A DNA stretch of 64,000 bases from positions 268,189 to 332,188 of the forward strand of contig JBGSUQ010000025.1 of the NCBI GenBank assembly GCA_041753395.1, read 5' to 3'. This DNA is from Spirochaetota bacterium (GTDB taxonomy: Bacteria > Spirochaetota > UBA4802 > UBA5550). How positions within the stretch are numbered: position 1 is the stretch's first letter; every line of letters starts with the position of its first letter. Made by a program: the position numbers and the translations under genes. Shown here one piece after another: positions 39,637 to 48,565 of the stretch. A model generated the notes under the pieces. It had not been told where the DNA came from. It ran no database searches and saw nothing but the letters and a program-made list of their open reading frames with translations.

Positions 39637-41211
39637 ATGGGCTTCGGGATAAACACCATACTGGATAGGTATGACCCAAAATCGTATGATCTTCGCGGGA
39701 GGGTCAGGGTAATCTGGTATTTCTTTTTGATAATAATTCCTATTCTTTTACTGTTCATTGTTATCATGAACATTCTTATACCCCGGGGATTGTTCCAGGC
39801 GCTGAATGTGATCGTTTTCACTATCATCATGATATTGCTGGGCAGCATGGTTTTTATATCACGCGGATACTACAATACCGCGGTGACCATCATGGCTTTC
39901 GGGGTGCTGGGCAGTCTGATTTTCAACCTCAAGGGAACCGAAATATCCGGTTCGGCGCAGCGCTTCATTGCCAGCGAGTTTTCCTTAATGATGCCCATAA
40001 TGTTTTCATTGCTTTTCTGTCGAAAGTGGGTCCTTGTTACGGTTTCCGTCATTGCGGAGGCAACGCTTCTATTCACAGTACTCTCATCGGAGATCGTCGA
40101 CCCGGCCGTGCGCTATGTCATCACGGCCTCCATGAGCATCACCATTATAATATCTGTCATCCTTGCCATGATGATGAGCACCATTACCGAGACGGCAAAG
40201 CGGCTCCGTGCCGAGGACGCGGAACGGGAACACCGTGCGCAGCGGGAAATCAATGAAAAGCTGATGGAGTCGATGCGGAGCGTGTCCGCACGGCTCGATG
40301 ACTCTTCGCAGGGCCTGTCGGGTGACGCGCTGCATTTTGCCGAAAACATCCAGGGACAGGCCTCCTCGATCGAGGAGATCACCGCCACGATGGAACAGAT
40401 CTCGTCCGGAGCCGAGGAGGTAAGCGTCAGCGCCCAGCGCCAGTCGGAACTGATGGTCACCCTCATGAAGCGCATGAACGACCTGGTGGGGTTGGCCCGG
40501 GACATGGAGGCCCGCATAGCATCGACCCTCAAGAGGACGGACGCCATTGCCGCAACGGCCCGGACCGGCGAGGGTTATATCGGGCGGATGGACGCAAGCA
40601 TGAGCGAGATCGGGTCAACATCGAAGGAAATGACGGGAATACTGGGCATCATAAACGACATATCGGACCGCATCAATCTTCTCTCCCTGAATGCCTCGAT
40701 CGAGGCCGCCCGCGCCGGGGATTACGGCCGGGGCTTCGCCGTTGTCGCCGACGAGATCGCCAAGCTCGCGGACCAGACCTCTTCCAGCGTAAAGGATATC
40801 GCCGTGCTCATCGCCAAGAGCGAGACCGAGGTTGGCAAGGGAGCCGCCGCGGTACAGGACACGGTAAAGATCATGCGTGAAATACTATCAGGCGTGGAGG
40901 AGTCAAACCGGATGATGGAAGCGATCAACGCCGCCATGGATACTTCCATTGAAAATACGGGCGAGGCGCACGGCGCCGTCAACACGGTGAAAGAGCGCTC
41001 CGAGGAGATAACGACAGCGTCAGTTGAACAGAAGACCGCCGCCCTTGAGGTGATGAGCACCATCACGGACATCAACCAGCTGTCGCAGACCAATGCGTCC
41101 CGCGCCGAGGACATCACCGGCCATTCCCGGGACATTGCCGCCATGGCAAAGGACCTCCGGGAAAAGATAACATCTCTGAAGGAAGAGACGCCGTTCGAAG
41201 AAAAAGTGTGA
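39637..41211 (+). CDS. methyl-accepting chemotaxis protein with polytopic membrane sensor region
   Basis: About 6 N-terminal TM helices. Highly conserved MCP signalling domain (LSLNASIEAARAGDYGRGFAVVADEIAKLADQT). Confidence 0.85.
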   Translation: MGFGINTILDRYDPKSYDLRGRVRVIWYFFLIIIPILLLFIVIMNILIPRGLFQALNVIVFTIIMILLGSMVFISRGYYNTAVTIMAFGVLGSLIFNLKGTEISGSAQRFIASEFSLMMPIMFSLLFCRKWVLVTVSVIAEATLLFTVLSSEIVDPAVRYVITASMSITIIISVILAMMMSTITETAKRLRAEDAEREHRAQREINEKLMESMRSVSARLDDSSQGLSGDALHFAENIQGQASSIEEITATMEQISSGAEEVSVSAQRQSELMVTLMKRMNDLVGLARDMEARIASTLKRTDAIAATARTGEGYIGRMDASMSEIGSTSKEMTGILGIINDISDRINLLSLNASIEAARAGDYGRGFAVVADEIAKLADQTSSSVKDIAVLIAKSETEVGKGAAAVQDTVKIMREILSGVEESNRMMEAINAAMDTSIENTGEAHGAVNTVKERSEEITTASVEQKTAALEVMSTITDINQLSQTNASRAEDITGHSRDIAAMAKDLREKITSLKEETPFEEKV

Positions 41212-41311
41212 TTATTCAGTATTTCAAGGGCTCGGTTTCTGTCGAGGTGAAAACCTGGACTCTGGGCCGCATCGAAATTAAGAAGGCGAAATTGTGATTG
41301 GCCGGGGCGCG

Positions 41312-42415
41312 TCAGGGGCAGATTACGATACCCTTGGCCCAGAGACATTCGCCGCAGGGTGTCTGGTTCCCGTAGCAGTCGGAAGCTTCAACGGTGCGCT
41401 TGTAGCACATGTCGGGCCGGTAACAATACGCGCAGTCCGGGTAATCATAATAGAGGAAATTATTTCTTAATTCCACGAATGTTCTTTTGTTCCACACCTC
41501 CTCCAGCGTGTCGGCCTTTATGTTTCCCAGTATAAACTTCTCGTGCATCCTTTGCATCCCGGAATAAAAGGCCGGATGGGTATAGGCCAGCTCCGGGCAG
41601 GGGGCGATATCTCCTTCGGCAGTGATAAACATGGTTCCCCGTTCCATGAAGGGACATGTCCGGTTGCCGTGCATTTCCTGGTTTGCCACCCTGAGCGGGT
41701 ATTTCTTCATCTCCCGGCGGAGCAGCCTGCGCAGGTCCGTGTTTTTCCCGAATCCGGTATCGTACAGGATCTCCGATGTCATTGACTTCGTGTATGGATA
41801 CAGGTTGGAAACAATGAATTGATTTATGCCGATCGACCGGCCGTATTCGATCGACCCGGGTATGTGTTGATAGTTTACCCTGGTCGCGACTATCTGCATT
41901 CCTATCATCGGGAGGCTGTTTCCAGAGGCGGCTTTTATTCCGGCCAGTGTCTCTATATTGCTTCTAAATATATCGGCCCTGGCACCGCGACGGATATTCA
42001 AATCAGTTCCGAATATATCATCATCCCATGAAACATGCAATTCGTCAAGAGGGAGGCTGACAAGGTATTCAGACATTTCCCTGGTGAGAAAAGAGGCGTT
42101 CGATACAAGTACGATCTTCGTGTCCAGTTTGCGCAATGACTTCAGGTTCTCCCTGATATGGGGGCTGCTGAGTGCCTCGCCGAAGCCCAGGAGTACGATT
42201 CTCTCCGGACTGGGGGCCTCCAGCATCGGCATCAGTTTTCGCATTAGCCGGGGTGTGAAATGGCATTTCCTGAAATCAACTATCGATTGTCTGATACAGC
42301 TCCGGCACGACAGGTTACAATGCGTTGTAAGCTCTATGTATACCTGCCTGATGCAAGGGGATACCGTCTGCGTTTCAGACCTGAAAACGAGGGAAAAATT
42401 TTCTTTTTTGCTCAT
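41312..42415 (-). CDS. radical SAM enzyme with C-terminal SPASM/twitch Cys-rich domain
   Basis: CNLSCRSC is the CxxxCxxC motif. C-terminal CPFM...CPEL...CAYCYRPDMC...CGECLWAKGIVICP. ATGA overlap with arsC (42412-42415). Last gene of the hgc/ars operon. Confidence 0.8.
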   Translation of the reverse strand: MSKKENFSLVFRSETQTVSPCIRQVYIELTTHCNLSCRSCIRQSIVDFRKCHFTPRLMRKLMPMLEAPSPERIVLLGFGEALSSPHIRENLKSLRKLDTKIVLVSNASFLTREMSEYLVSLPLDELHVSWDDDIFGTDLNIRRGARADIFRSNIETLAGIKAASGNSLPMIGMQIVATRVNYQHIPGSIEYGRSIGINQFIVSNLYPYTKSMTSEILYDTGFGKNTDLRRLLRREMKKYPLRVANQEMHGNRTCPFMERGTMFITAEGDIAPCPELAYTHPAFYSGMQRMHEKFILGNIKADTLEEVWNKRTFVELRNNFLYYDYPDCAYCYRPDMCYKRTVEASDCYGNQTPCGECLWAKGIVICP

Positions 42416-42867
42416 GGATTGTTAATGTCAGGATTTATCAGCGATTGCGGGATTGCTTCAATGAATGCGCGTATCTCGTTACGGACCCGACGGTAGTGCG
42501 CCAGCGCCTCATTTTCGCCGGTGGCGTTTTGTGCCAGAGCGGGCGGATCGTCGAAGCCCTTGTGTATAAATTTCGCCTTGCCGCGGAAGAAGGGGCAGGT
42601 TTCGGACACGCCCCCGCACAGGGTGATGACGTAATCGAATTTCAAACCGGCGAATTCATCCACGTGTTTCGAACGCTGGACCGATATGTCGATGCCGATC
42701 TCGGCCATGACAGTGACTGCGCGCGGGTCAAGGCCTTTTGGCTCAGTCCCGGCCGAATGCGCATCAATGAGATCGCTTTTCAGATGCCGGGCCAGTCCCT
42801 CGGCCATTTGGCTCCGGCAGGAGTTCCCGGTGCAAAGGAAGAGTATTTTTATTTTATCGGAAGGCAT
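42412..42867 (-). CDS. arsC: arsenate reductase, thioredoxin-coupled LMW-PTPase type
   Basis: ILFLCTGNSCRSQMAEG...VITLCGGVSETCP holds the three catalytic Cys of Bacillus-type ArsC. Strong full-length similarity. Confidence 0.9.
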   Translation of the reverse strand: MPSDKIKILFLCTGNSCRSQMAEGLARHLKSDLIDAHSAGTEPKGLDPRAVTVMAEIGIDISVQRSKHVDEFAGLKFDYVITLCGGVSETCPFFRGKAKFIHKGFDDPPALAQNATGENEALAHYRRVRNEIRAFIEAIPQSLINPDINNP

Positions 42868-42876
42868 ATAATTCTC

Positions 42877-43557
42877 CTATTTTCCATTCATGTTTTTTTG
42901 TCTGAGCCGTTCCATTAAATCCTTTGCTTTCTGCATGGCGTCCTGCTCGGATTTATCACTGGCGGCAAGCCAGGGCTGTGTTACCTGCCAGGTCAATTTT
43001 CCCGAATAGGGAGGTTCGGGATACGCGCCGGGATCAAGCAGGGTATTCCCCATGAATTCAACCGGATTTTCCTGAAAACACGACCAAACTGCTTTTCGAA
43101 TTATTTCCGGGTCGCCCTGGAACTGAAGGTCGATGAGACTCACCTGCTCCCTGAACCGTTTAATGAATTCGACAGGGATATTGTACAGATAAGGATGAAG
43201 GGCATCAGTGCCGATTATCTTTTTCTTCTCATCCACGCCATTGGCCATGAGGGCCTTCAGGGCGGAGCCGGTCTGGCGACCGTCCGATTCGGGACCGCCG
43301 AGAATCAAATACCTGATGTTGGGATTGGCTACGAAATTGCAGATCATTTTTTCAAAGCCGATGTTAGGGGTCTGCACCGTGCCGGACAGGGCCGCTCCGG
43401 TTTCCGCGCCGGCGCGAACCAGAAGTTCGATTTCGGGAGGAATCTTGTCCTCGTCAGTTTTGAGAATAATTGCCACTGCGACCGGGGAAAAGTCATTTCC
43501 CCGTATGTAGCGTCCCGGTTCGCAGGGGTAATCCGGATGTGGCGGTACTTTCAGCAT
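42877..43557 (-). CDS. MtrA-like protein (homolog of tetrahydromethanopterin S-methyltransferase subunit A, a corrinoid-binding fold)
   Basis: The stretch NPNIRYLILGGPESDGRQTGSALKALMANGVDEKKKIIGTDALHPYLYNIPVEFIKRFREQVSLIDL aligns by eye with archaeal MtrA (NPNIRYLLV..GHITGQS..NGV....I.GA.GAIPYVENL..EAIARFQEQV..VNL). The position of the MtrA His ligand appears to be Arg. Confidence 0.65.
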   Translation of the reverse strand: MLKVPPHPDYPCEPGRYIRGNDFSPVAVAIILKTDEDKIPPEIELLVRAGAETGAALSGTVQTPNIGFEKMICNFVANPNIRYLILGGPESDGRQTGSALKALMANGVDEKKKIIGTDALHPYLYNIPVEFIKRFREQVSLIDLQFQGDPEIIRKAVWSCFQENPVEFMGNTLLDPGAYPEPPYSGKLTWQVTQPWLAASDKSEQDAMQKAKDLMERLRQKNMNGK

Positions 43558-43614
43558 GTTGTAGTGCTCTCTGGTAGTATGATTTTCAAAATCATACTAC
43601 CGTTTCTTCTCCTA

Positions 43615-44655
43615 TTAAAAATACTTTTTTTTGAAAAATAGTGCCACATTTACAAGGCCGATCATGACCGGAACCTCGACAAGCGGTCCGATAACTGCCG
43701 CAAAAGCGGCCCCTGAATTGATGCCGAAAACAGCGACCGCGACCGCTATGGCGAGCTCAAAATTATTGCTCGCCGCCGTGAACGAGAGGGTCGTCGCAAC
43801 CGGGTATCCGGCGCCAATCTTTTTGCTCATGTAGAAACTAACCAGAAACATGACAATAAAGTAGATCAGCAGCGGTATCGCGATTCGAACGACGTCCATC
43901 GGTATTTTTACAATGTACTCACCCTTCAGGCTGAACATGACCAGTATGGTAAAGAGGAGAGCGATGAGCGTAATGGGACTGATTTTCGGAATGAATTTTG
44001 TCTGGTACCATTCCTTGTTTTTCAGCTTGATAAGCGCGAAGCGTGTGATTATCCCCGCAATAAAGGGAATGCCAAGGTAAATAAATACACTTTTTGCGAT
44101 CTGTCCTATGGTGATGTCAACAATGCTTCCGCTGAGACCGAACAGCGGAGGTAGAATGGTGATAAAAAACCACGCATACACACTGAAGAACAGGACCTGG
44201 AAAATGCTGTTGAAGGCCACGAGCCCGGCAGCGTATTCAGCGTCACCCCTGGCAAGGTCGTTCCACACTATTACCATGGCAATGCAGCGCGCCAGGCCAA
44301 TCATGATGAGACCGACCATGTACTCCGGATAACCGCTCAGGAATGCAAGGGCAAGAAAAAACATCAACACTGGTCCGATGATCCAGTTCTGTACGAGCGA
44401 AAGACCGAGCACTTTCCAGTTTTTGAATACATCGCCCAGCTCCTCGTATTTGACTTTCGCCAGTGGAGGGTACATCATGAGTATAAGACCAATCGCGATG
44501 GGGATGTTCGTGGTTCCTGTCTGGAATTGGCTCCAGAATGCCGCTGTCGAGGGGACAAAATATCCCAGGCCAACGCCGATGGCCATAGCGGCGAAGATCC
44601 ATAGGGTTAAATAGCGGTCGACAAAAGAAAGTTTTTTTGTTATTCCTTCAGTCAT
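43615..44655 (-). CDS. arsB: arsenite efflux transporter, ACR3 family
   Basis: [33 protein letters not shown] is the ACR3 N-terminus. 10 TM helices. AGGGAGAA SD. The ORF-track frame extends to 44757 but ATG 44655 is the likely start. Confidence 0.85.
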   Translation of the reverse strand: MTEGITKKLSFVDRYLTLWIFAAMAIGVGLGYFVPSTAAFWSQFQTGTTNIPIAIGLILMMYPPLAKVKYEELGDVFKNWKVLGLSLVQNWIIGPVLMFFLALAFLSGYPEYMVGLIMIGLARCIAMVIVWNDLARGDAEYAAGLVAFNSIFQVLFFSVYAWFFITILPPLFGLSGSIVDITIGQIAKSVFIYLGIPFIAGIITRFALIKLKNKEWYQTKFIPKISPITLIALLFTILVMFSLKGEYIVKIPMDVVRIAIPLLIYFIVMFLVSFYMSKKIGAGYPVATTLSFTAASNNFELAIAVAVAVFGINSGAAFAAVIGPLVEVPVMIGLVNVALFFKKKYF

Positions 44656-44669
44656 TATCGTTCTCCCTG

Positions 44670-45368
44670 TTACATTAATTGTATCCTGAAAATATAGAGA
44701 ATGCAGAAATATATGCCAATCATGATGAATAAAATACCGGTGATGCGGCGTCCCCACAATTCAAGCTTCGTGACCGCGTTAAATACGCCTGATAGGTGCC
44801 GGGCGCCAAAGGCTGCCAGGAGCGCGAAGGCCATTACCGGGAGCGCCGTGCCGGCTCCGTAGAGGGCCGGCATGAGCAGGGCCGATTGGTGCCGCACCGC
44901 CAGGGGAATGAGGCTGCCGAAAAAGAGCGCAGCAGATACAGGGCAAAAGGCCAGAGCGAAAACAATTCCCATGACGAACGAAGCAGCAAATATGTTTTTT
45001 TCGGCAAGTCGCTGAAGTGTTGACGTGTCGGTCCCGCTGCCGGCGGGGAGATGTATCAGCTCCAGGAGGAACATACCGGCAACGATGAGAACCGGGCCCA
45101 GGGCTCTGTTCATGTAGCGCTGCAAAAAATCCGACACTGTGGGGATTGACAGAAGGCTTGCGACTAACAGTGCCGCAAGCGCAGTGTAGGCGGTCACCCT
45201 TCCCAGCAGATATAATGCTCCGGTGATAACTACCTTTTTTGTTTCAGCCGCGTTTTTTCCGATATATGACACAGCCGCGATGTTGGTCGCCAGGGGGCAG
45301 GGACTGATGGAGGTGAGAATGCCCAGCCAGATGGCGGCGATGATGCCGGTAGTCAGTTCTCCGTTCAT
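44670..45368 (-). CDS. ccdA: CcdA/DsbD-family transmembrane thiol-disulfide electron transporter
   Basis: [21 protein letters not shown] is the conserved SPCPL motif. ~6 TM helices. ATGA overlap with the upstream gene. Confidence 0.8.
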   Translation of the reverse strand: MNGELTTGIIAAIWLGILTSISPCPLATNIAAVSYIGKNAAETKKVVITGALYLLGRVTAYTALAALLVASLLSIPTVSDFLQRYMNRALGPVLIVAGMFLLELIHLPAGSGTDTSTLQRLAEKNIFAASFVMGIVFALAFCPVSAALFFGSLIPLAVRHQSALLMPALYGAGTALPVMAFALLAAFGARHLSGVFNAVTKLELWGRRITGILFIMIGIYFCILYIFRIQLM

Positions 45369-45871
45369 ATGGTTTTCAAATATAATGTTATTTCGTTTTT
45401 GATATAACCGGTGAAAGCCGTTTCGTCCCGGACCAGCTCCCATATCCGGTCGAGGTTTTTCCACCGTACCTGCTTTCCCTTCACGGTATCGACAATTACC
45501 ACGGACTTGGTGAAAAGCTTGAAGTCATCGGCGAAGTGCCTGTTTTCCGGAAATTCAATATTGACCGGCTTCCATGCGATCCGTTGTGTCGCCAATTCCC
45601 TGGAAAAAAAGTTCTTAACGGTTGATTCGGTGAGAGACTCGATCTTCCGGCAGGTGGGGCACCGGAAGGTCGTGTGGAAATAGTAGACCGTCAAGGCACG
45701 CTCCTTTACGGGGATGCTGGTATCCGGCGCGTCCTTATCACTTTTTTGCTGTGTATCAGACGCGGTAATTTCGTCCTTTGCCGGCTTCCGGACTTCCGTT
45801 GCGATCAGGTACATTACGCTGGCCGCGACAAAAATAGACAAAACAATGGTGGCAATTCTTCGTATCTTCAT
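45365..45871 (-). CDS. membrane-anchored thioredoxin-fold protein with CPTC motif (paralog A; uncharacterised family)
   Basis: N-terminal TM helix and a charged linker. The domain VYYFHTTFRCPTCRKIE...WKPVNIEFPENRHFADDFKLFTKSVVIVDT...VRWKNLD...FTGYIKNEI is paralogous to 47921..48502. Confidence 0.6.
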   Translation of the reverse strand: MKIRRIATIVLSIFVAASVMYLIATEVRKPAKDEITASDTQQKSDKDAPDTSIPVKERALTVYYFHTTFRCPTCRKIESLTESTVKNFFSRELATQRIAWKPVNIEFPENRHFADDFKLFTKSVVIVDTVKGKQVRWKNLDRIWELVRDETAFTGYIKNEITLYLKTI

Positions 45872-45901
45872 CAGGTTTTCCTCTATAATAATAGTATCGT
45901 A

Positions 45902-46309
45902 TCAGCAAATTCCGCCGCAGGAACAGCCTGAAGATTTTACTCCGGACGCTGTCGGTTCATTCCTCATAATACGGTCGCTTAGGGAATTAATGATTTCTTC
46001 TGAAGGCAGCGTCTTCCCTTTCTCAATGCCGAAATCGGTCAGGATATAGGAAAGGGGCGTAACGCCGATGCGCTCCAGGGTCTTCTTTGCACATTGGACG
46101 GGGCACCCGTCTATGGTGATATTTACATCAGCCCCTTTTGCCGATTCGACGAACCCGGAAAGGTCCGCCCCGATACCGGCGAGGCAGGTCATGCGCGCGA
46201 ATGCCCGGTCGCGGAGTTTCCGCGACACACCATCAGCGATCTGACCCACGTCGGCAGCGCCGGAACATGAATATAAGAGTTTAACTCCTCCAGTGCAGCA
46301 ATCAGCCAT
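45902..46309 (-). CDS. DGC-domain Cys-rich protein (putative zinc-binding)
   Basis: ITIDGCPVQC is the DGC signature. N-terminal CC, C-terminal CSCGGIC. 135 aa. Confidence 0.65.
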   Translation of the reverse strand: MADCCTGGVKLLYSCSGAADVGQIADGVSRKLRDRAFARMTCLAGIGADLSGFVESAKGADVNITIDGCPVQCAKKTLERIGVTPLSYILTDFGIEKGKTLPSEEIINSLSDRIMRNEPTASGVKSSGCSCGGIC

Positions 46310-46320
46310 GACATTTGCTC

Positions 46321-46551
46321 CTATGATAATAATTTTTTAATCTCATCCAGGGACGGTATTTTTCCGGCCACCTTGACGATGCCGTCCTTCACCAGGGCAG
46401 GCGTCATCATGACGCCGTAGTTGGTGATGGCGTTGATGTCCTTTACGTGATTGATCTGTGCGTCAAGGCCCATCTCCTTCACGGCCTGCCGTGTCAGTTC
46501 TTCAAGCTTCTGGCATTTGAAACAGCCGGTACCCAGTATTTCTAAAAGCAT
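46321..46551 (-). CDS. small thioredoxin-family protein (redox-active disulfide protein 2 / Thioredoxin_3 type)
   Basis: MLLEILGTGCFKCQKLEE...YGVMMTPALVKDGIVKVAGKIPSLDEIKKLL is the characteristic GTGC-K-C family. GGAGAT SD. It sits next to the DUF318 permease, its usual partner. Confidence 0.8.
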   Translation of the reverse strand: MLLEILGTGCFKCQKLEELTRQAVKEMGLDAQINHVKDINAITNYGVMMTPALVKDGIVKVAGKIPSLDEIKKLLS

Positions 46552-46573
46552 GATCAATCTCCTTGTTAAGTTC

Positions 46574-47872
46574 TTAAAATAGAGCTCCAAAAATCATACC
46601 TGATATAGTTGACATAATAACCACGAGGGAGCAGTATACTATGGTCTTTTGTGTACCCAGGTAGCTGCGGATCACCAGCATGCTTGGCAGCGAGAGGGCC
46701 GGACCTGCAAGAAGCAGCGCCAGCGCCGGGCCCTTACCCATGCCGCTGCCGATAAGGCCCTGCACAATGGGGACCTCGGTAAGGGTGGCGAAGTACATGA
46801 AGGCGCCCACTATGGCGGCAAAGAAATTCGCCCGGAGGGAGTTGCCGCCCACCGCTGTCTGTACCCAATCTGACGGAATGATACCCTCATGGCCCGGTCT
46901 TCCCAGGAGGAACCCGGATACCAGCACGCCTACCAGGAGGAGCGGCGTAATCTGCTTGGCAAAGTCCCATGTCGCGGTGAACCATGTGCCGGATTCGCCC
47001 TTATCGGGACCGGTGATTATGGCGAGGCCAATCGCTCCGGCAGCGAAAGGGATTATGGGATACTCGATGAAGAAAATACCAAGGATGATGACAGCCAGCC
47101 CAACCAGTGCGACTTTCCACCATTTTAATTCAAACCAGAAAACCAGGACAATGGCAAACACCGCTGCCGACACCGCGGTTATTATCCATTTGTAGGTGAA
47201 TATAAAATAGAAGATTCCGTCTGCCTCATCCGGCCTGCCCCAGTTGGCGAAAACAAGAATGGCCACCATTGAGGCGAAATAGACCGCGTCTTTCCAGAGG
47301 GGCCTCTTTGTTTCCGGCACCGGCATGTTCATGGCCGCGTTGACCTTGGCTATTTCCTCCTTACGGTAGATGAAGTGCATGATGCCGCCTATGATCACGC
47401 TGAAGGAAACAGCGCCGACGGCCCGGGCGATACCGATATCGGCCCCCAGAATCCGCGCCGTTAGTATGATCGCGAGGACATTGATGGCCGGTCCTGAGTA
47501 GAGGAAGGCGATAGCCGGTCCCAGGCCCGCGCCCATGCGGTAGATGCCGGAGAAGAGGGGAAGCACCGTACAGGAGCAGACCGCCAGGACAGACCCTGAA
47601 ACCGAACCCACACCATAGGCGAGGGCTTTGTTGGCCGTGGGTCCCAGATATTTCATGACCGATTCCTGCCGGACAAATGTCCCTATGGCCCCGGCGATAA
47701 AGAAGGCCGGGATGAGGCAGAGGACCACGTGCTCCCGGGCGTACCACTGGGCGAGGCGCAGGGCTTCAAACACAGCGTTGTCGAATCTCGATGTGCCCAC
47801 GGGCATGTAATAGAGCGCCAGGAAAAATCCGGCGATCCACAGCAAAGGTTTCCATTCGTTTTTCCAGTTCAT
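46574..47872 (-). CDS. DUF318/COG0701 permease (ArsP-like, CSC motif)
   Basis: ~10-12 TM helices with an intramembrane VLAVCSCTVLP (compare the ArsP TPFcSCS motif). Paired with the Thioredoxin_3 protein. Confidence 0.75.
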   Translation of the reverse strand: MNWKNEWKPLLWIAGFFLALYYMPVGTSRFDNAVFEALRLAQWYAREHVVLCLIPAFFIAGAIGTFVRQESVMKYLGPTANKALAYGVGSVSGSVLAVCSCTVLPLFSGIYRMGAGLGPAIAFLYSGPAINVLAIILTARILGADIGIARAVGAVSFSVIIGGIMHFIYRKEEIAKVNAAMNMPVPETKRPLWKDAVYFASMVAILVFANWGRPDEADGIFYFIFTYKWIITAVSAAVFAIVLVFWFELKWWKVALVGLAVIILGIFFIEYPIIPFAAGAIGLAIITGPDKGESGTWFTATWDFAKQITPLLLVGVLVSGFLLGRPGHEGIIPSDWVQTAVGGNSLRANFFAAIVGAFMYFATLTEVPIVQGLIGSGMGKGPALALLLAGPALSLPSMLVIRSYLGTQKTIVYCSLVVIMSTISGMIFGALF

Positions 47873-47920
47873 TCTTTCATGTCTCCGCTAAAGTGTAATC
47901 AAACGCACCGGCAATATATA

Positions 47921-48502
47921 TCAGAGATATGACGCAACTTCTGCCTGAATATACTTCATAAACCCGGCTCTGTCGCCGGCCAGGTTCTCAGCATTGTCGA
48001 GGACCTTCCACTGGATTTTCCTGTTTACCGCCGGAGTAACGATGACGATGGACCTTTTTTTTAGTTTAAAATCATCGGCAAAGTGTTTGTTCCAGGGCTC
48101 ATCCATGTTCACGGATCTCCAGATCAGCTTTCCAGATGCCATCTGGTTTCTGAAACAGGTGTAGAGCGATTGTATCGTGAGACGCTCGAATCTGCGGCAT
48201 GCGGCGTCACGGTCGGTATAATGAAAATAATAGACGATTGATTTGAGATATTCTTTCTGGATTGTTTGCCGGGAATTATCCCGTTTCTCCCCCCTGTCCG
48301 TTTTGGCTTTTTTTTCATCGGCCCCGGTTTTGGGAGGGGAAGATTTTTCATTCCTTGTCTCATCCATCTGCGCTGATTTCTGAGCCGGGGAAGTTTCTTT
48401 TTCCGGCAAGCCCACCCGGCCCATCAGGAAATACAGGGAACCGACGATGATGCAGAGGAGCAGAATGATAATTATTATATTTCTTTTTTTTGTGGTGCTC
48501 AA
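47921..48502 (-). CDS. membrane-anchored thioredoxin-fold-like protein lacking the first active-site Cys (paralog B)
   Basis: IVYYFHYTDRDAACRRFE...WRSVNMDEPWNKHFADDFKLKKRSIVIVTP...IQWKVLD...FMKYIQAEV is paralogous to 45365..45871. Confidence 0.6.
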   Translation of the reverse strand: MSTTKKRNIIIIILLLCIIVGSLYFLMGRVGLPEKETSPAQKSAQMDETRNEKSSPPKTGADEKKAKTDRGEKRDNSRQTIQKEYLKSIVYYFHYTDRDAACRRFERLTIQSLYTCFRNQMASGKLIWRSVNMDEPWNKHFADDFKLKKRSIVIVTPAVNRKIQWKVLDNAENLAGDRAGFMKYIQAEVASYL

Positions 48503-48565
48503 TGTTTACCTGTCTGTTCGAACAGCGGCAAAGCGCTGGATGGACTAATATCCTTGTAAGGGATC

